From Minutocellus sp. GHC0000111 (Eukaryota): a stretch of DNA of 64,000 nucleotides. The translations under genes and the position numbers were made by a program. The stretch is taken from assembly GCA_977018835.1 (NCBI GenBank), contig OZ361260.1:1612001-1676000 (forward strand). Direction: 5' to 3'. The notes beneath the pieces were generated by a model. It did no database searches. It was not told the DNA's origin and saw nothing but the letters and a program-made list of their open reading frames with translations. Positions 30,202-41,465 of the stretch are shown here, piece after piece; within the stretch, counting starts at the first letter, position 1, and every line of letters begins with the position of its first letter.

Positions 30202-30289
30202 ATGCTTTACCAGGTATTCTGTTAGCTAGCTACGTAATTTAACTATCAAACTTAATTGATTTACCACAACGTACCACTATTACTTTTCC

Positions 30290-33200
30290 CTATTTTGTTG
30301 ACTGTCGAAAAAAGGTAAATAATTTCTGACCACTCAGAGGACCGATGAGTCGCTTTAATTCGTCTCTTGACATCTCCGCAAGGTCAGCGATGGTATCACA
30401 GTGCATCATGATTGTTCTGGCGTTCTGAACAGTAATACCCGGAAGCCGCAGGAGCATGTCCCTGGCGGCTTCATTGATTTCATTTTCGTCCTCGGCATCT
30501 TCGGCTTCCTGAGATTGGTCCATCCCCAACAGAGCATCAAGCGATTCATTTGACCCAATCTCAATTGCCCTGTCGATGTCAGGTTCGTCATGATTCTCCT
30601 TGAGCAATTTGAAGATTCTAAGAGTTTCGTGAGGCGACCGAGACCACAAAATACGGAGCTTTGGAAAGTGCAAAGCCAGAATACTCATTTTTGAACAAAC
30701 TGCATCGCTTCGAATGTCACCTCCAATGTCATTGCCACTCTGAAGACAGAAGGATTTACTTGGATCGAATTCAATCAATAGGATTGGACATTTGTAGTGC
30801 TTGCACATTGCTTCCGCCTGAGTATAAAGTCTACCGGAAGCAAAACTACCAAACAAATCGGATATACTCTTCCTCTCAACGCAGTGTACTTTTGAGAGGA
30901 CGAAATCGCCGACGGTGAGAGTCGCCGGTGCCAAACGCATACCGCCCTGGTGCAATATTGACGGCAAGGCTGACCTAAACTCTCTCACATCAACGCAAAT
31001 CTCTCGCCGCTGCTGGTTGGCAGTTGACTTGCCACGCCCAGTCCGTGTGTCCATCGAAAGCGGTAGAGATCCACCCGCGTAGGATCCTGCAGCTCCTCCC
31101 ATGGCAAGCTGCATTTCTTGTGTGGCAGTATTAACGGTATTGAGTGGCATTGGCATAGTCTTTTTGTGTTGAATGAGACGCTCAAAAGCCTTCTGCTCAC
31201 GTTCGAGAGCCTTTAAAAAATTCTTTTCTTCAGAGGATGCCTCAAACAACATGAAAAATACTCGCAAGCGATCATGCTTGGAAATGTCGGTGGTGCTGGC
31301 ACCAGCACCAGCGGAATCACTCTGTTCGTCCCCGACTTCTTTGGGTGGCCCTTCATCGGAAATTGTCGGTGCAGCTGCAGCTGCAGCTGCAGAAGTGCTT
31401 GCATACATCTCGAGAGATCGCACAAAGGCAGGCTCGGCATCGTACAACACAACATAATCAGGCTTGATATCGTCCAGCATCAAATTTGTTTGGTCCCCTT
31501 CGATGCTAGAGTATGTTCGAATAACGAGACGAAGCTCGTCCAAATTCCCAACCTTGTATGGGAGTTCATCCTCTTCGTCAGAGTAAACATCGCCACTGGA
31601 CGATGAATCTACATCGCGCTGATCGGTGGCCTTCACATTATACCCAGTTCCAGCAAGGAGATCTTGCTCTGTCTCTTCGAGTGCTTCGTCCAATACTGCT
31701 CGGCGTTGTATGTCCTCGGCCTGCATCGTCCGATCACCACGGCTCTTTTCTGTGGCGATCCGGCGCTGTTTCCTTTTCCAATCAGGCACAAATGTCGGTT
31801 GCTTCCGTTTCGCACCAGCGTGCTCAGATCGATCAGCTTCAGCACCAAAGAGAAAATTGCGCGCTCGGCCTTCTTCTTCCAGCAGTAGGCGACTTTCTTC
31901 CGATATGGCACTCGAACCGCCTGCATTTCGAGCGACGGCTCTGGATCTATCATTTATCTGCTCCAGGTATCGAACCCAGCGAAGTGTCATGATTCGTTCC
32001 TTTCCCTCTATCAAGTAGGTCCGAATTGAATCCAAAGTTCGTTCATCTTTGACCATGATCAATACTCTAGCCCCACCGGCAGTCCCCGATCTACCCGCAC
32101 GGCGATGATGATCCTGCCTCTCTGGCCAATCGTTGCGAATTTCGATAACAACTTGGGACAAAAGCCTCCATTTTGGGTTCTCTTCCAAGATTGGTTTGAG
32201 GCGAGAGACTGGATTCGGCACACGCTTTGTAGGTTTCGGTTTGGCGACCTTGAAGATTCGTTCCCTGGCCTTGCTGAAAATAATCTCACCAGATGCATCC
32301 AATATCCACATGGACGGATTCCGTGCTCCGGCCGAAGCCGTTTTGATGCTGTTGATGAGTTTATAGAAACTGATACAGTCGTAATGGATCAAATACTGGA
32401 ACAGTGTGCGGAGAGTCCGCAAGTCATTGACAAGTTGCTTCGTCTGTGGCGATAGTTTATGCCAATCGTGTTCTAATTGACGTGAGATTTGCATATCAAA
32501 ATTCGTAGTAACACAATTCTCCAGAGTAAGGTCCGAGGATGACCATTCGATGAGGGATGTGGATTTCTTTAACTCACGTATGCATACCTGTACTGCAGCA
32601 GCGATGGCATTTTGTATCTCCTTCATGGCCGGAGTAAGTTGCTGATGAAGCTCATCGACATATGGGGGGCATTGTTCCAATTCTGACGCAACAACATCGT
32701 GGAAACGAGGGTACAGATACAGCCTCCGCACGTGCAAACTCTTCAATATCTTGTCCACCTTGGCAAAACCTGCCATCAGAGCGTCGCAGTTATCGGTAAA
32801 GGCCTTGACAAAGCCATGTGGTGATGGAGAGAGCGACGATGTTCGCGAAACCGCTCGAACAGCATCTGGCATGCCAACCGTGGCGGTCGAAACCATTGAG
32901 CTACTGTTGCCATTGCCAGCTCCAGCTCCACCACTGGCAATCCACTGCTTTTGAGTTCGGTAGATGCGTAAAATAAAGGCATCGGTCGATTGCTCCGTGA
33001 CATTCTCAGCATGAGCCACCAAGATGCCTTCAATGTCTCTAGGATTGGCCACCTGAGTCAGTAAATCCACAATCAATATACGACTGGTGATGAGGAATAT
33101 CCCTCCCCTCTTGTACATGGTCTCACGATCCTTACCCTGACCAGACTCATTGGTCACCTCGGTGGGTAGCAATTCTGGTGGTGTTCCCCAATCCACCAGT

Positions 33201-33652
33201 GTTGATACCAATGCCTTTCGCTCGGCATCCTTGAGACCAAGGACAAATACCAACGGAGGTGTTGATCCCGCTGCCGTCGCCGCCGGTACAGCAGGTGCTT
33301 GTGAGGATGCTGCCGACGTCGTCGTCTGTTGCAGACGCTCATTCTGCTGCTCCTCCCTCACCAACGCGGCATGACCGTCTGGTCCAGGATCGGCGTAAAA
33401 CCGGACGAATGTCGCCAAGAGAAGCATCGTCCCCAACCCTCTGCCCAACACAGCGAGACCATCCTCGTGATAGAGCTCCTCGAACGCCTCCATGAGGTAA
33501 GCTGGGAGACGTGCCTGAATCATGGGCGCCTTGCGAAATGAGGCAGACGAGCCAGAGGAAGACGTTGTGCTTTGCTGCTCATCATCGTCTTCACTACCAC
33601 CGTCCACCAACTGGACTTCTTCATCTCCCGAGGAGCCTTCGTCGTCGGACAT
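30290..33652 (-). CDS. ERCC4: DNA repair endonuclease XPF/RAD1
   Basis: ITSRILIVDLL, LEENPKW, VDVREFRSALP, VGDFVLS, VERKSISDL, C-terminal HhH LLRLPGI. Confidence 0.95.
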   Translation of the reverse strand: MSDDEGSSGDEEVQLVDGGSEDDDEQQSTTSSSGSSASFRKAPMIQARLPAYLMEAFEELYHEDGLAVLGRGLGTMLLLATFVRFYADPGPDGHAALVREEQQNERLQQTTTSAASSQAPAVPAATAAGSTPPLVFVLGLKDAERKALVSTLVDWGTPPELLPTEVTNESGQGKDRETMYKRGGIFLITSRILIVDLLTQVANPRDIEGILVAHAENVTEQSTDAFILRIYRTQKQWIASGGAGAGNGNSSSMVSTATVGMPDAVRAVSRTSSLSPSPHGFVKAFTDNCDALMAGFAKVDKILKSLHVRRLYLYPRFHDVVASELEQCPPYVDELHQQLTPAMKEIQNAIAAAVQVCIRELKKSTSLIEWSSSDLTLENCVTTNFDMQISRQLEHDWHKLSPQTKQLVNDLRTLRTLFQYLIHYDCISFYKLINSIKTASAGARNPSMWILDASGEIIFSKARERIFKVAKPKPTKRVPNPVSRLKPILEENPKWRLLSQVVIEIRNDWPERQDHHRRAGRSGTAGGARVLIMVKDERTLDSIRTYLIEGKERIMTLRWVRYLEQINDRSRAVARNAGGSSAISEESRLLLEEEGRARNFLFGAEADRSEHAGAKRKQPTFVPDWKRKQRRIATEKSRGDRTMQAEDIQRRAVLDEALEETEQDLLAGTGYNVKATDQRDVDSSSSGDVYSDEEDELPYKVGNLDELRLVIRTYSSIEGDQTNLMLDDIKPDYVVLYDAEPAFVRSLEMYASTSAAAAAAAPTISDEGPPKEVGDEQSDSAGAGASTTDISKHDRLRVFFMLFEASSEEKNFLKALEREQKAFERLIQHKKTMPMPLNTVNTATQEMQLAMGGAAGSYAGGSLPLSMDTRTGRGKSTANQQRREICVDVREFRSALPSILHQGGMRLAPATLTVGDFVLSKVHCVERKSISDLFGSFASGRLYTQAEAMCKHYKCPILLIEFDPSKSFCLQSGNDIGGDIRSDAVCSKMSILALHFPKLRILWSRSPHETLRIFKLLKENHDEPDIDRAIEIGSNESLDALLGMDQSQEAEDAEDENEINEAARDMLLRLPGITVQNARTIMMHCDTIADLAEMSRDELKRLIGPLSGQKLFTFFRQSTK

Positions 33653-34001
33653 GCTGCCTGATCAACTTCTTTATTCCTCTACCAATTTTTAGATCAAGCT
33701 TTGCCACGCGACGTTATGCAAATTCGGTGCGCCCGGCAAGCAGGGGGGTTGACAGTTGACAGTGCTCTCGCGATGTGCCGATGGCGGTTTGCGCCAAAGG
33801 AAGTCGTTTCTCCTTGACGTCATTTTCCTCCGCCCCTGCCGATGCCGCCTGCAGCTGGACCAACGGTGCTTGTGGTGAGCATTGACCCTGTCCAAGCTAA
33901 GCATTGGCCGACTCGACTTATTGTCTACATTTGCCCAATGAGCACCAGCATGAATCAATAACAGTGGGCGTGGCGCGGTGCTTTCGTCGTAACGCAGAAT
34001 A

Positions 34002-36362
34002 ATGAGACTAAGACCCTCCTCTGGCGGTGCTGAACGCCGACCACCCTCACAGTACCACCAGCACCTCCGACGAGGGACCCGCTTCCTCAACGCCCTGTCC
34101 TCCATGCTCCTCCCTTTATTGGAATTTGCCATCTTTGTCCAGCTAGGGGCATTCTTTGCCTACTTTGTGTCGATGCCAGAGATTAGACCCACCAACGTCG
34201 TGTCAAGTATGCGCAAGGCAGCCGATGGCGTAATGAGAACAAGTTTGCATCAAATCAAGGTGGGAGAGTATGGAGGAATGGAATCATTCTACGACGTCCG
34301 TCTCCGGCAGGTGCAGGATGCCATACGATCGCAGTATCTTTTGTCAGCTGTGAACAGCGAGGATCGGCTATCCTCGAGGAAGAAAGGCCAGGAAATTGAC
34401 GTGAAACCAGAGACCAATGGAGGCATAGAGGGTTTGACTGCAATGCTAACGGAGCGAGTTGTAGCAAATTGGAACAACAAGAGCAATGTTGACGATGGGT
34501 CTATCAAATCTTGCTATGAATATGATGGGACTTCATCGACTGTGATGCTTTCTGACAAGTGCAAATCTCTACACTTGGAGACGCCAACACTGGTCGTTTT
34601 CAACCCACTCCCTCGGAAGAGGGAATGGTGCAGTCACATTATCGAGGCTGGCCAGGTACTTGCAATGGAAGACATTTCGTCGTGTCAAGAGGATTGGATG
34701 AATTTGGCGGTATATCCACCACCATATCTCGTCAACAGTGACGAAGATGACGCGATCGAGGTTGTTACGAGTTCATTCTTTGGAAGTTCGGACGAAATAC
34801 GGAAACTTACTGATTGCGATGTACCGTGCACGTGGAAGGGCGCACCTTATGGTTCCTTCAAAATATCAGGTACCAAATGGGAATTCACACAATCGGCAGA
34901 AGGTCCACAATACTACGAAGAGCTTGTCATCGACCCGAAAGCTCACCTTGGCGACCGATACTACTCCACAACCTCGTTCCAGTCTGAAATTCCGCTGCCA
35001 TATTTTAGCTTCTCGGAATACAACATAAAAAATCCGAAACATGTGCCATTCGACAAGGGGATCAAGGGAGCATCGTTCATTGCCAATAATTGTGACAGCA
35101 AGAATAATCGGGAGGCGATGGTAAAGGGTATTATTGCTTCAGGATTTCGAGTGGATTGCCTTTCTGGCTGCTTACATAATGCAGAACCACCGTATGGGCT
35201 GTCGTTGGACAACAAGAGAAAGCTCATGAGGCAATACCTTTTCCATTTGGCATTCGAAAATCAAAATGAAGACGATTATATCACAGAAAAGCTATGGGGC
35301 AGCTTAGAAGCTGGGATAATCCCCGTCTATCTCGGCGCTACCAACGTGAGGCTGCACGCACCCGAGGGTTCGATCTTTGTAGCTGCTGAATTTGCATCGC
35401 CGCAACTTCTCGGGGAATACTTACAGAAAGTGGCAAATGATAGAGAGCTCTACGAACAATACCATGCTTGTCGCAAGGAAGAATTCTCAGAAGCATTTTT
35501 GCAAAAATATAACTTTACTCGAACACACTCTGAGTGCAGAACTTGTCGATGGGCCTTCGCAAAGAAAAGGGGATTGGGATGGGATCATAAGACACAGAGC
35601 ATTGCTTCGCTCCGCCTTTCCCGCGAGGTTTGTACCGATGATATGAGTGGGCTGGCTTCAAGACCCTTCAAGGAATCTTATTTGCTCTATGATTCAATGG
35701 AACAGCAGTATGAGGACGCCCAAAGCCACAAAATTGTTGAAGGAGTCTCAAAATATGCACCAGATCCAACAGCAGCGAAACATCCTACATGCAGTAAACG
35801 AGGGGTTCAATCATCGCTCGTCTTTAGTCATCATGAGATTGAACGTTCGCTGGTGGAACACGATGGAGTTGTCGATGTAATTATCGCCATCAAACATCGC
35901 CATATGCGGAAGGGATCTGTTATACCACCCTTGTTCCTTCGATTAGAAACTGTAATCAGAAATGGGAGAGAATACCAAACTGCGTCTGATCACAGAACTC
36001 CAGTGTCGAAACGAACGTTCAATGGGGCGGATAGTCACCACTGGCAGTCAAAACCAGATGGTATGCGCTACATGATGATTCAAGATCCCAAAGCCAGGAT
36101 CTCTGTGTGGACAGACTGGACGACTCAGATGCTAAGCACTGTTGAAGGGTCCATCGACATACTGTTGTTACCAGGGGATGTTGTCCAGACAAACCACCGT
36201 CACCATCAAGCAGAGACAACATATCGCAAGATTCGAGTAATTTTGGAGGATTCCAACCCTTTGCATTACGACACAGACTTTGGCTCTCCGACTTATTTTT
36301 CAAAGCAGCACGCAAAGGATTTTTACCATCCGCTCGAGATCTTTTACGCTGATGGAGGGTAG
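34002..36362 (+). CDS. Alpha-1,3/4-fucosyltransferase (GT10)
   Basis: SFIANNC, YLFHLAFENQNEDDYITEKLW, IPVYLGA; N-terminal TM. Confidence 0.9.
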   Translation: MRLRPSSGGAERRPPSQYHQHLRRGTRFLNALSSMLLPLLEFAIFVQLGAFFAYFVSMPEIRPTNVVSSMRKAADGVMRTSLHQIKVGEYGGMESFYDVRLRQVQDAIRSQYLLSAVNSEDRLSSRKKGQEIDVKPETNGGIEGLTAMLTERVVANWNNKSNVDDGSIKSCYEYDGTSSTVMLSDKCKSLHLETPTLVVFNPLPRKREWCSHIIEAGQVLAMEDISSCQEDWMNLAVYPPPYLVNSDEDDAIEVVTSSFFGSSDEIRKLTDCDVPCTWKGAPYGSFKISGTKWEFTQSAEGPQYYEELVIDPKAHLGDRYYSTTSFQSEIPLPYFSFSEYNIKNPKHVPFDKGIKGASFIANNCDSKNNREAMVKGIIASGFRVDCLSGCLHNAEPPYGLSLDNKRKLMRQYLFHLAFENQNEDDYITEKLWGSLEAGIIPVYLGATNVRLHAPEGSIFVAAEFASPQLLGEYLQKVANDRELYEQYHACRKEEFSEAFLQKYNFTRTHSECRTCRWAFAKKRGLGWDHKTQSIASLRLSREVCTDDMSGLASRPFKESYLLYDSMEQQYEDAQSHKIVEGVSKYAPDPTAAKHPTCSKRGVQSSLVFSHHEIERSLVEHDGVVDVIIAIKHRHMRKGSVIPPLFLRLETVIRNGREYQTASDHRTPVSKRTFNGADSHHWQSKPDGMRYMMIQDPKARISVWTDWTTQMLSTVEGSIDILLLPGDVVQTNHRHHQAETTYRKIRVILEDSNPLHYDTDFGSPTYFSKQHAKDFYHPLEIFYADGG

Positions 36363-36869
36363 ATCCTAGACTAGAGTCCTAGAGAAATTCCTAGCCATAA
36401 CGAACGATGAGAAGATACATGTGGATCGAAAAGAATGTTGAAGTAGGAATTACTAGCAGTTCAGCACATAGATCACATAGATCTACCAGTCGGTATCTCG
36501 TACTTACATGTAGTTACATGTAGATCTTCGTTAGGGATGGTTCATTGCCGATACGACGTGTAGTTCATTCGATTGATTCGATTTTCATTCTCGCCCATTC
36601 GACCGGTACTACTTCTACGGTACGTACGGTCACCACGCACGAAGTCCGCTCGGCCGCGCGCCTTCTTCGCCTTCCACGTTGCGGCTCCGCCAAGAAGCAA
36701 ACGACACATCTCCAGCATCCTCTTCCTTTCCCATCGTTGCCTGAAATATGTGCAGCAAAACATCCAAAGAGACCAACAATAAAAGCAAACGGCGGCAGAA
36801 GAAGGCCACCGCTTCCAGCGACGCCGTCCCTCCACTGTCTTCGGAACCGGTCGTTGGCGACACGAAAAA

Positions 36870-38570
36870 ATGTCTCCCCCCTCACTTCAAATACGACGAA
36901 GAACAAAGCGAACGAAGCAAATAGGTGTCTCATCTCTTCAAAAGCACAATGCCGCAGTAAGATTACAAACGAGTAAATCATCTTCTTCGTCGTCTCCAAA
37001 GACAAAGCGAAGATCCCGGGCGAAAGCCAAGCACGAAGCGGACAAGCCCAGCGGTGGTGTAGAAGCAATTCTTCCCTCGCTCGGCATTGTTGCCGTCCTT
37101 GGCTTCGCCGTTATGGCCAAGATGGGCTTCCGTGGCAGAGCCGATGTAGCTGGAATCGATTTGGGCACCACCAACTCAGTCGTGTGTGTTCAATCTCCGC
37201 TGGAATCGGCCGGTCAGGGTGGAGTGGGAAAGATTGAGTGCATCCCCGATCCCGCCAATGGTTCTCCGATCGTTCCTTCGGTGGTGTCCTTTTTGGACCA
37301 TGTTCCTGGCAGTGGAAGCGGTAGTGGTGATGACCGGCCGAATGTCGTCGTCGGACACGAGGCCAAATTGCGCATTGATACGCATCCTCATCACACGCTC
37401 TACCATGCCAAGCGCGTCATTGGACGTTCGTTCAGTCATGATTCCGTCAAAAGCCTGATGGAGGAGGTCGAATTCAATGTCGTACCGGTGGTGGAGGAAG
37501 AGACAGAGGCCACTAGCGGTAGCGAAGAAGAAGAAGGCGTCGCATTCCGCGTTCCGTATCATTCGACAGCTCCTGATGGCACTGATACACACAAATACCT
37601 TCACATCAAGCCTCAGCAGGTCGGCTCGTATATCGTTGATCATCTGATTTCCATGACGAAGAAGTTTCTGGGGCATGAGAATGTCAAGACGGCGGTCATT
37701 GCCATCCCGGCCAAGTTCAGTAACGAGCAACGAATTGCGACTGTCCAGGCTTTCACTGATGCAGGAGTCAAAGTTGCTCGTATCCTCGAAGAACCCACCG
37801 CCGCAGCTTTGGCATATGGCCTCGATAAGAAGGACGGTGTCAATCACATTATGGTTTACGATTTCGGCGGAGGTACGTTAGACGTTAGCATCTTACATGT
37901 GAGCGATGGTGGATACGTCGATGTTATGGGAAGTGATGGAGACAATCGCCTTGGCGGGGCGGACTTTGATGCGGCAGTGGCTCATGCCCTCATGAAAAAG
38001 GATGGTGGGGATAAGACCGTTCAGCGTGTTACCGATGCGTTGGAGACAATCGAAGCGAGGCTCAAAAAAGAGGGTGTGGTGGACGCTGAGGATGACCTTG
38101 AGGAGATTTTGGCCGAGGGGTGTCCAGTACTGGAAGAAACACCCCCCTGTACCCTTTCTTCTTTCCATACCATTGGCGAAAAGATGAAGATTGGTCTCTC
38201 GGCTTATCCCGATGGTGGAGGAGTCGTTGAGGAGAATTGCCTTGGCCTTTTGGCGAAGGATAAATCCAAGCCCGAGACCATTAGGGAATTCTGCTCGGCA
38301 TTAAAGCCCATCAAACTGAGCCTTTCATCGAAGGAGTATGATGCAGCGGTGCCAGATCTTTACCGTCGCTCCATGCTGCCCATCCAGCGATTACTCGAGG
38401 ATCTGAATCTGAAGACCGACGAGATCGATGAGGTTGTAATGGTTGGAGGTACTACGCGAATGCCCAAAATTCGCGACATGGTGCAAAAAGAGCTTGGCAT
38501 CGAAAACTTAAACACTCATATTGATCCTGATCTGACCGTAGCATACGGTGCTGCCTCTGTAATTGATTAA
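36870..38570 (+). CDS. Hsp70-family ATPase lacking the substrate-binding domain (HSPA13/STCH-like)
   Basis: GIDLGTTNS, EEPTAAALAYG, DFGGGTLDVS, MVGGTTRMP; the protein ends at VAYGAASVID; TM segment before the NBD. Confidence 0.9.
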   Translation: MSPPSLQIRRRTKRTKQIGVSSLQKHNAAVRLQTSKSSSSSSPKTKRRSRAKAKHEADKPSGGVEAILPSLGIVAVLGFAVMAKMGFRGRADVAGIDLGTTNSVVCVQSPLESAGQGGVGKIECIPDPANGSPIVPSVVSFLDHVPGSGSGSGDDRPNVVVGHEAKLRIDTHPHHTLYHAKRVIGRSFSHDSVKSLMEEVEFNVVPVVEEETEATSGSEEEEGVAFRVPYHSTAPDGTDTHKYLHIKPQQVGSYIVDHLISMTKKFLGHENVKTAVIAIPAKFSNEQRIATVQAFTDAGVKVARILEEPTAAALAYGLDKKDGVNHIMVYDFGGGTLDVSILHVSDGGYVDVMGSDGDNRLGGADFDAAVAHALMKKDGGDKTVQRVTDALETIEARLKKEGVVDAEDDLEEILAEGCPVLEETPPCTLSSFHTIGEKMKIGLSAYPDGGGVVEENCLGLLAKDKSKPETIREFCSALKPIKLSLSSKEYDAAVPDLYRRSMLPIQRLLEDLNLKTDEIDEVVMVGGTTRMPKIRDMVQKELGIENLNTHIDPDLTVAYGAASVID

Positions 38571-38614
38571 AACCATGCTATCCCCAGCTACTAGTAAAGC
38601 TAGATGCTATTAAC

Positions 38615-40168
38615 CTATCCACGCCTCTTATCAAGATGCTCACTACCATCCTTTCGGATTTGCTGTCGTTTCTTCCCTCTTCTCCTCTTCTGGTGTGTCG
38701 GGGCTGAAAGGACCTTTTCGAGGGCTAGGTCTGCAATGGCCACCCGAGATTCTGCGTCGTCCTCACCTCGTATCACTGTGGCTAGCAATGCCAATTTTCC
38801 CGCAGTGTTGAGACATCTTACATATCCAGCCAAATCATAAGAAGAAGGCAGAGGGAGTGAAACAAGGCCGACCTATCTGTGGGGTCCACAACCTCGGCAC
38901 TTTCATCCAGAGACTTATTGCCAGCAGACGTACAACTGAAAATCCGAAGACCAGCGAATGCGTGTCGCTCCTCTCGGCTTCCATCGTACAGCAATAGATC
39001 GCATCCAAACTTTGAGCCACAGGCCACGTGGAGATTTGTTTTTTCTGTACAAGAGCTTGTAAACAAGGGCAATATCATCGTCGAAACTAGGCAATCCAGA
39101 TCGAGTCGAAATAAAGTCCCATCGCTGTTTCTCTTCCTCTCTTCTTTCTACTCTCTTCGAGCTGTCTTTGTCATCCTCTTTGCTATCGGTCTGATCTGCT
39201 TTGCATATATTTTGACTGTCACCGAGAAGACTTTCCGGTCGCAATCGGTGCCATGCTTCTGGAACGATTCGATACGCCATTGGTCGCATATCTTCCCGAG
39301 ATCGGACTTCTTCGGCAACATTCATGGCCTCCTGAAGTGTCGAGGCCCAAAGAAGACTCAAGGGCTGATCCATTTCTTTGATTTCATCATCATGGCTGCT
39401 TCCAACACCTGAGGAGCTCGCTCTGCGAATAATATCATTGTGCAACGCCTCGTCTACCATCGGAGCCGAGAGTACAACCGGTGGGACTCGATTCGATGCG
39501 CCCAAAAGCTCGGCAACTTCCTCTTCAATTGCAGCTTGACTTACTTTCATGGCGTAGTAATTATCATCGGAAGATATGCTCTCGCTAGTTTCATTCGAAT
39601 CGACGATAGGAGCATCATCATCATCATCAGCTATCATAGCATCAGCACGCTGATCTTTAATCTCCTCCTGCTGCTGTTTCTTGATCTGCTTTAACATGGC
39701 CAGCCTCTCCTTCATGAGCTGTGCCTTCTTTTTCTTCTTTTCCTTTTTGGTCATCCGCCGTTCCACTCCATCCTCATCTGTCGTCATGTACGAAACCTTG
39801 GTCGGATGCATAAGTTCCTCATCTGTGAACATTGCAGATCCAAACTTTCGGTTAGCCGATCCACCAGCACCATTCGCTTGACAATCATATTGAGAATGGA
39901 CGTCACTGCCGCTACTGGCTTCGCCTGGAGCAGCAGCAGAAATATGGGCCGCAAGTATTGCTGGGAGGCCCCGTTTTTTCAGTGCTTCCTTCACGGCTTG
40001 GCTGGATGGACGGACTCGACGGACACCGACATGAGTTGGTGGCAAACGGGCTTCATTGGAAGAGAGGTGGCTTGTCAAACTTGAGGAGAAGACGATGGCG
40101 GCAGTAGCTGCGGCTACCTCGGTGAGACGGGTTCCATCTGCTTGCACAGACGGCGCCATGGGAGCCAT
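38615..40168 (-). CDS. tRNA-splicing endonuclease catalytic subunit (Sen2/Sen34-like), two apparent frameshifts
   Basis: GSKFGCDLLLYDGSREERHAF and YVRCLNTAGKLALLA are spread over three ORFs (40168-39050, 39045-38862, 38858-38615). Confidence 0.7.
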
Positions 40169-40297
40169 TGCTTGCCAAAGAATAAATAAATGCACGCGAC
40201 ATTGCACGCGATGGTCCGATTCATGGTTTTGGTGACGGAAAGACGCACTCCTCGAATGAATAAAAATCAGGTCCACTGACTCAACTCTAAATTACGA

Positions 40298-40317
40298 AGG
40301 GTTAGGGTTAGGGTTAG
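40298..40317. repeat. Interstitial telomeric repeat (TTAGGG)3
   Basis: AGGGTTAGGGTTAGGGTTAG read directly. Confidence 0.85.
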
Positions 40318-40406
40318 TGTACGAGTCAATGGACTCAACGGATGGCCCCTTGCAGCGAATCAACTTGCAAGCCATGTTGCCTACAGCTACGCGCACGTGT
40401 CCCATA

Positions 40407-41465
40407 TCATGACAAAGCCTCGCGAATCGAAAAGTCCGGGAACGTTCTGCTTTTGAGCACATCCGCCACCGACTTGTTCTCCTCCCTCTTTGTAGGTTTA
40501 ACGGGTTGCATCTTCTGCACAGCTTCTTCGCGCTTTTCTTCTCCGAATTCATCTACAATTGCGTCTCCAGCAATGCCGATATTTTTGGCAGTCTCTCCCT
40601 GTTCTGCTACCTTTTCTCGCCTTTCCTTGGCTCGTCTCGCACGGGCCCTCCTCCCCTTGCCTTGAAAAGGCTCTGATCTTTCCATAGAATTGTTGGATAC
40701 ATTGGTTTTACTTTCGCCCTTCTTTACGCTAACACCCTGGCCACTGGGCCTACTTGCCCCTTGTTTGATATCGAATTTGGAGGAAGATTTTGCCTGCGAA
40801 GCAGCCAAAGCTCGGCCCAATGACGAAGTGGAACCCAACGATTTGAGAGGTTTCTTCACCTCTTGCTTCGTATGTTTTTCTCCTTTGCCGCCACGCAAAT
40901 CATTAGCTTTGGCCAAGGCCCTCTCCTCTCTTGCCTTGATCTCTCTTTTAATCCTAGCTCTTCTTGCTCTCGCCTTCCTTCCTTTGCCCTCGAAAGGAGC
41001 TGGTCTGGTGGTCGTCTCCTGCCTGCCAATATCACCGTCGCCACTGTTCTCCATAGTGAGCATAGATTCGAGATCACGAAGCTCTCTTGCCAAATCCTCC
41101 ATAGCAAGGCCCTCCAGATTTTCAATCTCGCCGTCGAGGCTAAGCTCGTCACCGTCGTTATCGTCGATGGAGCTGTAGCTCCCAACATCGTCGTCGCCAT
41201 CGTCGTCATTGTCACTGTCTTCGTATTCATCGTCCATACTGTGGCTGCTTGAAGTAGCACTGCGAACAGCAGGCGCTTTTGTTGTAGCGCCAGCAGGAGT
41301 GCCCAAATCTTCTGACGGCTGCTGGTTATTTAGGCGCTCAATATCCTCGATACTTTCGTTGAGTGTGGCATTTAGTTCTGCCTCTGCGTCGGCGAACATG
41401 GCCTCAATGCTGCCGCCATTGGCGGAAAGTACGTCATCATCTTTTTGTCGGCGGGAGGTCGACAT
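40407..41465 (-). CDS. Hypothetical charged protein with a duplicated basic motif
   Basis: Long ORF; acidic N-half; PF[EQ]GKGR[KR]ARARRA occurs twice. Confidence 0.6.
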   Translation of the reverse strand: MSTSRRQKDDDVLSANGGSIEAMFADAEAELNATLNESIEDIERLNNQQPSEDLGTPAGATTKAPAVRSATSSSHSMDDEYEDSDNDDDGDDDVGSYSSIDDNDGDELSLDGEIENLEGLAMEDLARELRDLESMLTMENSGDGDIGRQETTTRPAPFEGKGRKARARRARIKREIKAREERALAKANDLRGGKGEKHTKQEVKKPLKSLGSTSSLGRALAASQAKSSSKFDIKQGASRPSGQGVSVKKGESKTNVSNNSMERSEPFQGKGRRARARRAKERREKVAEQGETAKNIGIAGDAIVDEFGEEKREEAVQKMQPVKPTKREENKSVADVLKSRTFPDFSIREALS

